DNA of 62,022 nt, counting the filler, from Choristocarpus tenellus KU-1152 (Eukaryota; Protista; Phaeophyceae), in assembly GCA_964200185.2 (NCBI GenBank). It is 8 parts of 8 records of this genome, joined end to end, with 100 filler letters (N's around TTAATTAATTAA, not from the genome) between each part and the next. Parts side by side here need not be neighbours in the genome. Positions count along the whole stretch, not along the records: positions 7,290 to 17,263 come from CAXNAD020003230.1; positions 17,364 to 31,921 come from CAXNAD020001162.1; 6 more parts are not named here. One strand, given 5' to 3'. The stretch's first letter is position 1. Every line of letters starts with the position of its first letter. A program made the translations under genes and the position numbers. This document shows, piece by piece, positions 11,936 to 25,127 of this stretch. The notes under the pieces were generated by a model. That model did not search any database. It saw only the letters and a list, made by a program, of their open reading frames with translations, and had not been told where the DNA came from.

Positions 11936-13679
11936 TCAAGCAAAAGGTTCAAGGATGTACTTTCCCGTTCTTCTCTCATTTTCTATCGACCTACGTTGCC
12001 TTTGTTTCCGCTCTTTGCTTTGAGCTTGGAGTGTTTCGCACTCCCTGTTCCCCTTCTCCCGCAGAAGTTGGACGCCCTCCTCGACTTCTTTCTCCAGCAT
12101 GTGCGGTTGTAGCCCTCGGGGCAAGGACTGGTGTCCATGTTCGGCCTCGTATCCCACAGAGTACACCAGTCTTTCTTCATCATCAACACCCACATCGTAA
12201 ATTCTCCCCCTGACGACGACATCACAACAGCCAGGCAGTATGAATTCTGTCCTTCGACCAAAATTAGTGAGGGATGTGCCCCCGGGCGTTCGTTTTTGGA
12301 GAAGACTACTGGTGTCTGCCGGTTGGACTCCGCAGCGAACCTCTGGTACTGACCCGGGATGATGGTGTAGGTGTTGTTGACCTCAATGTAGGGAAGCTGG
12401 AGGAACTCAGGGATGATGATCGCCTGGAGTGGAACAACATGGGGATGTGGTTGTACGTCCTGTTGTGACCAGGGCCCATATTTGAGCTGGGAGGGTTGAG
12501 TCAAAGTATCTTAGAGGGTAGAGCCACGTCCGTTTGGGGGCCAAAACCCAATGTTTCGATTTTGATGTAGTTTTGGCTATCGTGTTTGTTAGGAAGTGTC
12601 AACAGCCTTGTTCCGGACGCACCTTTTCATAACATACACATTTTACCTACTCCGAAATGTTTCGGAGTAGGAAAATGTCATAATAATACCGTGGGAATTC
12701 AAGTCCCAAATGGATAAACTGGGCAAAACTCGTACCCTCTAAGATACTTTCACTCGTTAGGAGTGGGAAAAGGGGTGCAACATGGGTACATGCATTGCCC
12801 AGCTGAAAATTGAGGGGATGTCAATGGTAAGTCGTTTTGATGCAATACCTCTTTTTGCTGCGCTGTGTCACCAAATCCTGCTGTCAAGCTTTGTAAGCAA
12901 ATATTTCATTTTAAAGCAATGGCTATATATATGACTCAAAACAGTGTATGTATGAAGAGGTTTATGCTTATCTCCTTGACGTAAGTATAATGTATTACCT
13001 CGTCTCCTCGTGAGAGACGAACAGTTGGCACTCCATCAATCCAGACGTTGTCAACCACCTTGAAGTCCTTCCTGACGGACACCACTTAATCACCAATACC
13101 GAACTGGCCCCTGTACCTCAAGTGTTCGCTGGCGTTTCATTGTACCGTTTGCTTCTTGTGCACAGTGAAGGGAAGGAACTCTAATTCATCATAGTCTGAT
13201 TGCTCCGTTCTCACTATACAAACATTTCCCACTTGATGTTGAGTCTTCCTTCTCGACAGATGACTCCGAAGGAACATGTGTCCCCAGGTGTGTCTTGGAA
13301 TGAAAGCCCCAGATTGATCCGCCTCAAGACGGGGACGTGTGTCAGCTGCCACTTGCAGTTCTCGACATAGCGGAGTGTGCATGTTGTACAGTAGCAGGAC
13401 CTCTCGGTGTAGACCACGGAAGGAGGGCCGCCATCCAAACATGGTTGAGTGATAAACCTGTGAATGGACTTGATGCCTGGAAAGAGGGGCACGCGTAGAT
13501 TGTGTCGTCCGTTGCGGTTCACTTCGTGAGGAGGAACATGAACAATGGTCTACTTCCTGAGTGCACTTGGCGCCAGATGCATTGCCCGTTCCTCCCTGTG
13601 CTTCATACCATCCTTGTCAGTCCACATCTGTACACAGGCGGCCACGTTGGTGGGTGGGAGTTCAACACTTCATCCATAC
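11936..13679 (-). pseudogene. Spliced Sola2-like transposase relic (C-terminal half plus extension)
   Basis: TIVHVPPHEVNR...PLFPGIKSIHRF...VYTERSCYCTTC...ENC resembles the Sola2 C-terminal xPGTRxxH...RxxSCxCxxC motif. A phase-0 intron at 12998-12488 joins RGDE|LKYGPW. Stops and frameshifts present; catalytic DDD region absent. Confidence 0.55.
12498..12755 (+). mobile_element. MITE family A, copy 2
   Basis: 23-bp TIRs; flanks GTT/GTT (3 bp); central palindrome at 12638-12678. Confidence 0.95.
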
Positions 13680-14331
13680 TATGATTCAATGTATGTAAAT
13701 ATTGGAGTAAACTCCTTGGAGAAATGTGTTAAGCTGTCCTTGACGATATGTTGTCCGACACAATCAGTTATGTTATTGTTTATTAACTTGTATCCCAGTT
13801 AAGAAGAGAGTGAGATACCAGCACTAGGTGGGGCTAAGCAATCCTAACATTGAATGAGTCAGAATACATATACACAAGGTTTCTAACATAATGATATCTG
13901 TTTCAAACATAATGTTTTGTCCTACCCCCTGAAGCTGTCTTCTCAGCCAACTTGATTGCCCCACTATTGTCTTCAAACAATCGTACACAATACTCGTGCA
14001 CAGTTGGCTCCAAAAAATATTGTACTTGTTGCAAGAACATAACCTCTTTGGCCAAATCACACAACGACACATACTCAGCCTCAGTGGTAGACAAAGCAAC
14101 AGTTTTTTGCATTTTGAACCACCAGCTCACACATGCACCCCCAAACATTACGACGCCACCAGATACTGCTTGTCCTCAACAAATGCCAGGTACCTCTCTC
14201 AGCCCCCTTCCAATCCGTCACCGTAGGGTTTACACATTTCATTGCTAGGCTCCTTACTGCAGATGATACATCGGGTCTGGCCATAATGGACGCCCATATC
14301 AAGCTCCCAACCATTGCACGATAACCGTCTC

Positions 14332-15543
14332 TTACTGGTCCCTTCTCAACAAACCCTTTGGTTGCAACAGCAGGAAGGTCACAGTCAGTTGTGATCCCAC
14401 ATTTTGCCGACATTTTTCAACGTATACCTGCTGGTCTATGGAAACAGTCCCTAGTCTACAATCCCTGTTTATACGGCATCCCATAAACTGTCCCTTCTCC
14501 CCAAGGCACTCCACTGAGAACTTCTTGTTCAGTCCCTGAACTATACTCAGAGCATGTTTAGACCCCTTGCTTGCCATAAGCATGTCATCTACATGAATGA
14601 GCATGATCAATACCAGTTCCCCATCCAATATCCATCTAAATACACACAGATCAGCCTCACATTGCTCCAGTCCCAGCGCTAATAATGACGTCACAAGCAA
14701 AGCATTCCAATTCCGTGATGCTTGTACAACCCCATACAGCGATTTCTGTAGTTTCCCAACTGCCCCATCAAATTCAGCCACCACCTCTTCTGGCAGCTCC
14801 ATATACAATTCTTCCTCCAAGTCTGCATTAGTGAAAGCCCTCACTGCCTCTGCCATATTCAGGTCCCATTCCAACCGTGCTGTCAAAGCCAGAATCATCC
14901 GCAGGCTTGACATTTGTGCTGTTGGTGCGAATTTTTCATGCCAATCAATTCCAGGCTGTTGTCGGAATCCTTGTACCACCATTCTTGCCTTCCATCGCTC
15001 CACCAATCCCACTGCATTCACCTTTCTCGAGAAAATGAATTTCATTCTTAAGACATTTGCATTAGTTGGTCTGGGAACCTGAACCCACGTGCCTTGAGCA
15101 ATTAATCGATCAATCTCTGCATAGATAGCCTCAAGCCACTCCATAGACTCTCGAGACTCAAGTGCTTCCTTCACAGTGAGAGGTACTGGATGCAAATCAC
15201 TCGCTGGAGTATCCCCTGGCCAGCCCAGTCCCAACTCAACACCAACCATACCCTCTACCTTATGTCTGATCACAAAGGTTGTTCGTCTAGTGGTTCTCTT
15301 CCGTACCAGCGGAGGTTGTGATGGACCCGCATTATACTCCCGGAGCCGAGACAGCATCCTGGGTTCAGAGGGTTGTGACTGTCCTCTTGACCCAAGTCTC
15401 CCACTCCCCTGCTGTGGAGGTGACGCATCCCTGTCCCCATTGGTATGTTCAGAAATCTTCTTCCCAGACTCCAATTGCTTTTCTTCTGCATTCCCTGACC
15501 CAGTGTGTTCCCCCACATTAACGTCTTCAACCATATCCTCCAA
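14332..15543 (-). pseudogene. pol: Copia reverse transcriptase (RVT_2) ORF fragment
   Basis: 403-aa ORF with canonical Copia RT motifs, frameshifted near 14415. Confidence 0.93.
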
Positions 15544-16876
15544 AAATATTTCAGTCTATTCATCACTTGAATCCCCAGGTGTTATTTCCCCACTCGTGAT
15601 CACTGGAAAAACATCTTTCCCCTTCCACAGTGGTAATCCTGAGGATTGATGTCGGGTGTCATCATGCAGGTTACTATCCTATATGGACTCCCAACTAATG
15701 TCCCTGTGCATCACGAGTCACCCTGTACGTGCCAGTAGATTCCGGTAAATGTGGGAAGGGTATTGGTTACGTGGTGCAACACCCATCATAAAATAGAGTT
15801 CAGCACGTGGTGAAGACTTCGTGGATCGATTTTCTATGCAAGCATATCCACGGCTACCCCAAATGGGAATTTGGGTCACCTCTGCAGGAAGTCCGTGCCA
15901 TAGTTCCCATGGAGTTACCTCGTCAGTCTCGGTTGTCCATCGCCAGATCCATCCAACTTTGGTCCGCTTCCCTTGTTCTTAGAAGCATTTCCCCCCATCC
16001 GATTCTTCTTCTTCTAGGTGTTCGAAGATTCCTGACCCCTTGACGCTCCCAATTTTCTTTGTGGACATTCGAAGCTTTGATGTCCCTTTTCCCCGCATAC
16101 AAAACATGTAATACCCCCATCCCTCGCCTTCTGACTCCTGATGAGAGGACAATTAGACCGAAATTGAGGTCCACCACATTCCCAGCAGCTGGGTTGTCTA
16201 CCATTTCGTCTGGATTGTCATCCAGCCACCAGTGCGCCAGCTCTCACCCCAGCCGAGTCCGATCCTCTTTGAATGGAGCGTAGTCTATATCTTTAAAGAC
16301 TAATCTTTCAAACTTACTCCTTCCTTCCACCGATTCTTCATCATCAATCTGTGACATGACGTCCAGATATTCCTCGCCGAGTGAATTTTGAAGCCACCCC
16401 ACTCGATCTTCCTCCGAGACGGTACCTCCCAAGCTCTTCAACTCCACCATTATGAGAGCCTCCTGCCGGTTAATAATGGTTGCAGGATCCCCTCCGGGTT
16501 CTAGTACCATGTCCATCAATTTTCTTTTCACCAGATTTCTCTCAATCTGGCCTGAATGGGCATAGTTCTTCACCAGTGCGGTGAACACCTCACACGGTGA
16601 GTCGTATGTCAGCACAATGTCCAACGCAGGTCCTGCCGTTTCCTCCTGTTGTCCATAGATAGCAAGCGTTATCGCCTGGTGCAGATACGGATCCACACCC
16701 GCCGGGGAATACTCCAACGACAGTACCCTTAAATGCTCCTTCGTAACTAATGTCTCCCTCCATCCCGATGAGAGAGCGTGTGTAAGAAACGTTTCGCGCC
16801 ATTTCCTCCACGTCCCTGGTTCCCCCTCAAACGCAGGTTGTTTCGAAAAATACTGTTTTATTTTCGGGGTGAATAC

Positions 16877-17133
16877 GAGCCAACGTATCTTAGAGGGTAA
16901 AGCCGCGTCCATTTGGGGGTCAAAATCCAATGTTACGTTTTTGATGCAATGTTGGACATCGTGTTTGTTAGCAAGTGTCCATATCCGTCTTCTGGACACA
17001 ACTTTTCATAGGTATTTTTTTAACTACTCAGAAACATTTTGGAGTATAAAAAATGTCATATTAAAGGCATGAGAAGCCAAGCCCCAAATGGACAACCAGG
17101 GCAAAACCAGTACCCTCTAAGATACTTTCACTC
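16877..17133 (+). mobile_element. MITE family A, copy 3, inserted in Copia gag
   Basis: TSD ATAC/ATAC. Removing the MITE and one TSD restores the gag frame (VAMGARPV|FTPKIKQYF). Confidence 0.95.
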
Positions 17134-17263
17134 ATACAGGTCTAGCCCCCATGGCCACTGTATCTCTTTCCCCAGCCCTAGCCTCACCCCCTTGCGAAGC
17201 TGATGTCCCACCATGTATCTCACCCCCCCCCCCGCTCATGGTCACTTCCTCCCTTCCGCCATC

Positions 17264-17363
17264 NNNNNNNNNNNNNNNNNNNNNNNNNNNNNNNNNNNNN
17301 NNNNNNNTTAATTAATTAANNNNNNNNNNNNNNNNNNNNNNNNNNNNNNNNNNNNNNNNNNNN
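17264..17363. other. Artificial contig linker
   Basis: Same 100-nt spacer. Confidence 0.98.
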
Positions 17364-17460
17364 AAGTGGCATTGTCTCGACGTGTCATGCGTTTAAGCTG
17401 GAGTCACCAGGGAGATGGGCACGGAAGGGTCTGTTGGATTCTTGGGACTCTTCCCTAGGT

Positions 17461-17539
17461 CCCCCCCCCGGGGCACAGGAGTAGGTAGATGGGAAGCTAA
17501 GGAAGACTGTAGTACAATATTTGATAGTGGTGAAGTAAC
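17461..17539 (+). repeat. Dispersed ~80-bp repeat, second copy at 19300-19380
   Basis: poly-C-G...CACAGGAG...GTAGATGGGAAGC..AGGAAGAC.GTAGTAC.ATATTTGATAGTGGT at both sites. Confidence 0.8.
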
Positions 17540-18623
17540 TGATTAGTGGTTTGCACACTTACAATGTTTTATGGTGTTCTTACCTTTAGGACATTTTATT
17601 TCTTTAGGGCTAATAACGACATATGCATAGTTTTCATTGGTTTCCCCTCTGACACATCTGCAAAATGTCACAGTGCCTAATAATAAAATAATTTATTTAT
17701 CATAATGAAATTACTAATTCCAGTAAAAACTAAGATTCGAGTCTACCACTATCTATGCTGACCAACATACCATCGACCTTAGGCTAGTGTTAATCCTGAT
17801 CAGATATTCATTAATGCCTCGTTTATATATACACTTCATTTTGTATTGATGGAGTCGTGTAATAATACGGCGCAATACTATACCAACAGCCACACATGTT
17901 TCTCGTTTCGCTCCCAGAGGTCACATTTTGGTTGACCTTGAATCATGTTTACATGGCTTCAAGGTCGATCAGAAACGGGCAGATGTGGAAAGCAGGTTTG
18001 TATGTTGCATATATACCGTTATTGCCGTATGCAATATACCGTTGTACCGATTGAGGTTTCCTAGTCAGGAATCCCCGATTTTAGTGGAGGGTCTTACGAA
18101 TAATTGAGGTGTGGAATCTTTCAAGAGATCAATCCCACAAAAGAGTAGTGGACATCTCTTCAACCAGAGATGTCACACATCAAAGATTCTCTTTGTTGTC
18201 GCGTCTTGACCTTTGTGATGATGATCCCCCTCTCGTAAGATTCTCATCACTCCACAATTTCCTGCAAGTCCTTGCAGTCTTGAACTTGTTGTCCAACCTT
18301 AACCTCGTCCTCTCGGTTACGGTTCGTCTTGGTCCGTCTGGTCCGTCTTACCTGGTGATTCTCTTCACCCACCCTTACCTCTGAGTGAACCACGCCGCCA
18401 CAAAATCACACGATTCATAGTACACAGAAGTTGTATTTTTAAGATGCCGGCAAATATGTACAAAATTTGGTTGTTGCAAATACATATAGGTTATTTTCCG
18501 AGTTGTGTGGAAAAGTTTAAAGCAAGAGAGAAATCAACCCTCTCAAGTCGAATTTAGCACTTCATCCATAGAAATATTGGTGAATAAAAAAAAAGAAATG
18601 TCTTGAAATGCAAAACAACCAAA

Positions 18624-18805
18624 GGGTCAAAGTATCTAGGAGGGGGGTGTCGGCATCATTTTTCACCCTTTTTCGATATTCACTTTTTTTGGTGTGATTT
18701 GGTCGCACGTGTCGGATTTGAATTATCAGCAAAAGAAAGAGTTGTTTGACCGAAACGGACGGCCCCCTCACAAACCACCCCACCCCCCCCCAGATACTTT
18801 GACCC
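18624..18805 (+). mobile_element. MITE family B (182 bp), nested in a family C end
   Basis: TIR GGGTCAAAGTATCT/AGATACTTTGACCC. Flanks rejoin to the family C sequence seen at 63-149; AAA duplicated. Confidence 0.9.
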
Positions 18806-19111
18806 AAAACCTGGGTACCTCTCGTCGCTTTTGGTCTGTAATATGCTTTTATTTCAGTGGTGTGTCCCGCTGGCTCAATTACTCTGTAAGGATTGGGAAT
18901 ATGACAGGCACCCAGGTTTCGCCCGTTTTTCATTAACACAGTTTTTTCAATCTTTTCCAATTCAACCATATTTCTATCTTTGAAGTTCCACTTGGAACTA
19001 ACTGTTGATTTTTCTGTCGTTTGAAACTTCCCACAAAGTTCAGAAACGTTAATACACATATTCGTAAAAAAGTCAAATTTTCCACAATTTTGTCAGCTTG
19101 GTTAAAATGGA

Positions 19112-19141
19112 ACTCTGGGTAACTCTCGTTTACTTTGACTC
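19112..19141 (+). mobile_element. Family C-type right TIR
   Basis: GGGTAACTCTCGTTTACTTTGACTC. Confidence 0.65.

Positions 19142-19180
<39 letters not shown>
19142..19180 (+). repeat. (ACA)n microsatellite
   Basis: About 13 ACA units directly abutting the TIR. Confidence 0.95.
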
Positions 19181-19599
19181 TCAGACATCATCATCAATGA
19201 GTTTTCTTTATGATGAAGTAAGTATACAGTAGTACTGAAGCAGTAATGCTGCATCAAAATTTGACTATAATGACGAAGACAACCAATAACAATAAAAATC
19301 CCCCCCCCCCGAGACACAGGAGAAAGTAGATGGGAAGCACAGGAAGACAGTAGTACGATATTTGATAGTGGTCAAGTAGCAGGGATATGAGCGAACCTAC
19401 TCGGTACACTAATGAATAAGTAATTGGAACCACAGGGGAGGAGGACAATACCTATCTCTCTCTGTCATTTCCTGGTGTGTAACCACAACGTAGCGTGGAG
19501 CAAAGGGCCCATTGGCCCACTGTTCGCGTATATAAACTGCATGGGTTAGGAACGCGTATCCTGGTCGTTAGCGTTTGGTCCAAGCCATTTGCAACTCCT

Positions 19600-20310
19600 G
19601 TCCTCATGCGATAAAATATTTGGTGGTGGCGGTGCCATATTTGTTGATGCGACCAACCACAAAGTAGAAGTTATCCGAAAGGAGAACACATACATGTTAC
19701 TCTCTGGTACTTGACGCCAACCCTTTTCATTATTTTTCTGTGTTCTTCATGACCATGTGCCTCCTAGTCGCCCCGAGGACCTGCACCTTCCTCACCATCC
19801 CCACCAGCATTGTCATCGCCTTTACCAATGCTGTTGTCGTCCATGTACAAATCGTGGTGGTTGCTATATGGTCTGATATAGACATTTTGTATCTGTGGCA
19901 AAAGGGTCAGATTTCAAGTTCCAAAAAACGATACATTGAGATGACAAATTTCTGGAGGATTGGAATCGAGCCTGGCAGAGACGGGAAGTGCAATGTAGGA
20001 ACACTCACCGTTACAATCTCCCCGTCAGGAATATTGAGGAGATGGTACTTCATCCAAATGTTGCGGCATGCATGATACAACTGAAAATTGTTATTGCCTG
20101 GGTGAATGATGGGCAACAACACCTGGGAGTCCATCGTCTTGAGCAGTTGGTGGGAGGATAGTGCATGCACCAGAGAACATATAGATATAAAACACTATTT
20201 ACTTGCTGTAATGTACTACCTCAACGTAGGGACAAATGGTGGCGATATCACCACCTGGTCAAGAGGGAGGTCTCGCCACTTCAACCTGCTAGAGTCGAAG
20301 TTGTTGAGGT
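19600..20310 (-). pseudogene. Possible hAT relic
   Basis: MKYHLLNIPDGEIV (cf. NFLLxTPxGxxF) and IRPYSNHHDLYMDDNSIGK (cf. IGPxNVVQVxMDNASNCK). Confidence 0.3.
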
Positions 20311-22929
20311 AATACCATGAATGCTGGAGTAATTATTAGAATCGTGTTGGATTATTTTTGCACTTGATGAAGTTCCTACAACTTGTGTGTGTTGTGTGTA
20401 CGCTGGTACCCTTCAACACTGCATCCAGAATGTTGTGTCATGTAGGAATTGATGTTTAGAATGTATCTGTCTGTGTGTATAGCATGTAGCACAACTGTTT
20501 TTGTACCTTGTCTAATAATGATATACAGCAAGTAGTGTGTAGTTTGTGTGAATGTTGTGTGTATTTATGCAAGAGATATCAAATGTATCACTACGATATG
20601 GTGTGTGTTCATGTCACATACATCACATACATCACATACATCACATACACATACTACAACCAGTGCTACTGCTAATACTACTACTACACGCATACATTCT
20701 TTCGTGAGACGCATGATGTGCAGAAAGCATCGATGATCAATCTTTTTTTCATTGTGTAGGTCCTGGACATCACACCACCTCTTCTCTCATTCCTCCAAAA
20801 CACCACCAACATACATTGTGAATACCTTGCGTTGGTCCGACTGCTGTTGTGTCTCTCTTTTCTTTTGTCCTCGTAGCTGTTACTTTTGGAACTTGTAAAT
20901 TATAGTATAATACGCAGCAGTGGTGGTGGTGGTGGTAGTGGTAGTGATAATAAAATGCAGAGCGACAGGTAAACTAGGAGTTATCACACCTCAGGTCTTG
21001 TGAATGAAGAAATGGTTTAGCTGAACTAAGGATCGGGTGGAAAGGAGTTTGTGTGCACCCGCACAACAATATATCTGCACACAAACATCGTCACAGAATG
21101 GAACAGGTACACGAGTATAGCATGGTCTCGTCGATCAGCCTCAAAAGAGTAAATAGAATGTACACATGTGCACAATACAGCGTCAGATTGGGCCACATCA
21201 ATGAGCTCTCCCCACCATAGACAAACAACACAATTTGTTAAAATACCCCCAAAATATTATCCCCTCCTACAGAACCGAATGGCTTACAAAATTCTTTTTG
21301 TAGGAGATACCACTCTTGGTTCGAATTACTCCCTCTGAATTCAGTAGAATTGTGGTTTATTATATCCTCTAGATAAACAATTCGGTAACATGCTCTGCTG
21401 TGCATATAGTCAACATATCGATGGACATGTCTCTTCTTGGACCCTACTACCAGTATCCAATGCTGCAGGAGCAACAAAGAAAGTAATTTGGTTGCGATAA
21501 TTTTTGGGCCTACGTTTCTTCTGACTGATCGCGTTTTTGAGTGCAAGGAAGTTTGGGGTCATGGTGACTTCGGTTGTTCTTTTTATTCTGGTGCAAGTCA
21601 TTCTTCAAAGAGGCAGAATCAAAAAACATTTGGAAAGAGAAAACCCCCCCAAAAAATCTAGATGCATGATAAAAAAGATATGAAGGATAAGACGAGCAGC
21701 AGAGACTGGAAGCATATAAGCTACAAAAATATGCCGTTGGTTAGAAGTCCCCAGAAATATTCAAGATACAGACGATAGGTATGAGAGACGCTTTAGTCTA
21801 AGCGTGCTCTGAGGCCTTGCCTGTCTACATATGTCGAAGCTAGAAACCCTCCAAATCGAGGCTATCAGTGCTGGCACTTGGGTGCTGGAGACTCCTTCTG
21901 ATCAATACATTGAACTTGAGGGAGATATACCAATGGGAAGATAAAAAGGGGGGTGAATTTTGAATAAGTAAATTCCTTTAGACGTGGTGTCGATCGCCAT
22001 GTCCTGGGTGCAGGCAGCAGCAATGATGAACAGATAGATAGCTGCTTCTCTTTACCTGCAATGTTGGCTATACATCGTCCAGAAGTGTTCATACGCATTC
22101 CCATCTCACCCCTGATGCAGAGGATTGCTTCTTACCCGTTTGGGCATCATCCTTTGTTGCTCTTGAGTAGCGAATGAAGAATATTCAATCTATCCAGTTT
22201 CACTTAACAAAAGAAGGGTATATAAACGAGAGGAGACAGAAGACACAACAAGACAGTAGACGCAAGAGGAGAAGAGGAAGCAAATGAAACTGAAGTGAAG
22301 AAAATCAACACCACCATAAGTACATGTCGCAATTTTACACAACCAGAAGAGAATAAATTAAATCCAGGTGTAGATGAAACGGAAGAACTAAACACCGAGG
22401 GTGCCATAGGAAAGGTCAACGCTGAATTAAATTAACGACTGCTGGGTAACATTTCTCCTACTCTTACGGTCTACCTACATAAAAAATACTATCTTACAAC
22501 ATATAACATCCTAGTTTCATCACTCCTACCCCTACCTCATACTAACTTTACTTCAATAAGGACAAAAAAAATACGAGGCGAACATGACGAGGGGGAGGCA
22601 AAAAAGGTACTGAAGTCGAGGGAACAAGAAAATCTTAATATTAATATTAGATCTATTATTGCTATTACAGAGTACAATTATTATAGAACTGTTATTTCAT
22701 AATAATCTAAGGGGTTCCAGACCCATGGTCAGAAGGCAGTGAGAAGAAGCACAGAGGTGTTGGGAAAATACGATTTCTAAATTGCTTTTAGAGGTCTAGA
22801 GTTCAAGAAAAACAGAGAAAGGGTATAACTAAGAGTGAGGAAGAACTCAACGTAGTTACGATTGGAAAGGAAAAAAAACTCAGGGGTGATACACATCAAC
22901 GTCGGATGACGTCACTATGATGACAGTGG

Positions 22930-24600
22930 TATAGTTTAGTACATCGCCAGGTCTATCAAGAAATGGAAAGTTAGGGTTGTTCAATGTCGCCCCAAGTCCA
23001 TCCGATCCGAAACACCTCTCATCCAATCACATAATAGCAAGAGGTACGCAAGAACTAATACCCAAAGAGAGAGAGAATGAGAAAATATGATTCAATGGAT
23101 AGTGACAAGTAAGTGTGCATATGTGCCCTAATCTGCTTGGGCTGACTTACCTACTGCTTCAACGTGGCGTAGTTCAGCTACCACAGCCCCACTGGAATGC
23201 AAGTCGTTCATGAAGCTTTTTGTGCTGTCAACCACACACACTCATATCACCTATGTTGGTCTGTTGAACCTATATTCCATTCCTCAAGAGTGACCCCAAA
23301 CTTTTCAAGGTTGTTGTCCTATAGGCATATCCACCGGTCCTTCTTTTCCCCATCTTGCTCACGTTTCTAATTCTGCAAGTCCCCTGAACATTAACCTTTT
23401 GGGATCGGTCACTCCTCGTGAGTATCACTGACCCTGCAAACAGGAGTCTCCGTCTTCGCATATGTCAGCTCAATACTGTGACGCTTTGTTCCCATTTGCG
23501 AAATCCGATGGAATGTGAGAGGAGGTTGTGGTGGTGAGAGCGAAGCTTCATGTAATGGAGTGTCCACCTCACACAAGCACAGAATAGGATCTCAAGTAGT
23601 TCAAGCCTTAAGTGTTCGAATGTCAAGCTCAAGTGAAACAACCCGCTTTTCTGAAATAAAACACTTTACTGTACTCGAGGAAACAGTCCCAGGATTGATT
23701 AAACCCCACCAGCTAATCTAAATAGTGATATCACCTGAATCATTTGATGGTGTCCAAAAATAGGACAATCGTAAGGTGTGCCCTGTTCTTGGGTATGTGA
23801 GATTATGGCATTGGATTGAGTCCATGTGATGTCACTTAATGAGATAGTACGCATCTGGACTATATATGGGGATTGGTTTATAAATGAAATTTATCTTGAC
23901 ATAATCGCGGACTTACATCTGAGCCACAAAAAAATAGTATAAAAGCAATAAGAAGAGACCCCACAAGGTCACTCTTCTTTTCAACCACCATGTAGACATA
24001 TTTAGCAATGGGGAATAATGTGGGACTCCACACCTTCTTATTTTCCAAGGTTAATTGCACAGATGATGCCTCCAAAAAAAACAGGTTTGTCAGTCTGGTT
24101 GTAGCTCTCGCCCAAAGCCCAAATCTGCATAACATCTGCGGCCTGGTCGGGAGGTTGAAGGACCATGATCTCTGTCAACTTGTTGAAGTATCCCCTTCTG
24201 GATCCGTGGTTGAGATGATATATGACGTGTCTTGGCGGGGGACAACACATGACTTGATGTGAATATATAGTATTAGTCTTACAAGGACGTTGTGGTGGTC
24301 TGACCTCCATTGACTGATAAACTACCCATGTGAACAATACGTCATTTGTTTGCCTTCAGTGTGGCAAGTATATCTAAAACTAATCACTGGACATCAATTA
24401 CATCAGAGATCTGGTACAAGATGTCATATATCAGGTAAATGCTTTGATACAAAACGGTTAGTCCAAATGACCTGGCCATCTTCACCACGACAGTTAACTA
24501 TCCTGACCAAAGGTCCTTGGATACTGGGCACAATGCCATCATTGCCTGTAAAATGCTTACCCCACAGGCGCCACTCAATAGGGTGTCTCCTGTTCCCTGT
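22930..24600 (-). pseudogene. Possible exostosin/GT47-like glycosyltransferase exons, degraded
   Basis: PRHVIYHLNHG, RRRLLFAGSV and FPFLDRPGDVLNYTTV occur in the GT47 order; in-frame stops present. Confidence 0.25.
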
Positions 24601-25127
24601 CATTCCTCCTTTCCGACCTAGTTGCTTCTTGCAGTGCCCTTGATGGCAACAAGATCCTTGGAGGTGACCGGGTCACACCTTAACTCCCATTAAACGCTAC
24701 ACCTGGCACATCCTGTGTAAAGGAACATGTTGAAGAGGATAGGGGTAAGAACACACCCTCACCAATGACCTTAATGGTCATCTTTCCAAAAAGATCGCAA
24801 TTCAGGGACAAAGAGTCCTGCTCCAGTTCTTCAAAACTCCTCGTTCACTAAAATCGTTGTTTATATATGTCAGCAAATTACTTTTCAGAGTCTAGGCATA
24901 CTTTAAAAAACGCTTGATCACTTTTCTCATATATCCAGATTTTCCACCCCCTCAGACTTCCCTATGGATATATCGACAAAACGACCATTACATTGTCTCA
25001 TTAGGCTTAACATTGCACCCACACATCAATACTTACAAGGTGTGAAGTCCTGACTGTTAACGCGTCCTACGCTTCCAACAGTACAACTAGGACAGTCTTC
25101 ACCTCCGATGCCTATACTACTGTGGAG

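Larger units (their letters stand above)
13880..17263 (-). mobile_element. Ty1/Copia retrotransposon, decayed and internally deleted
   Basis: gag (16244-16876), zinc knuckle CFVCGEKGHQSFEC (~16065-16106), integrase C-terminal SH3-like remnant (~15690-15880), RT (WKARMVVQGFRQQPGID, LQKSLYG, IHVDDML), RNase H (VALSTTEAEY, EDNSGAI, RTKH). No LTR visible. Confidence 0.95.

Noticed and set aside
13680-13880. Copia 3' LTR
   Set aside because: RNase H stops mid-domain, there is no polypurine tract or clear TG...CA unit, and there is no second copy to compare.
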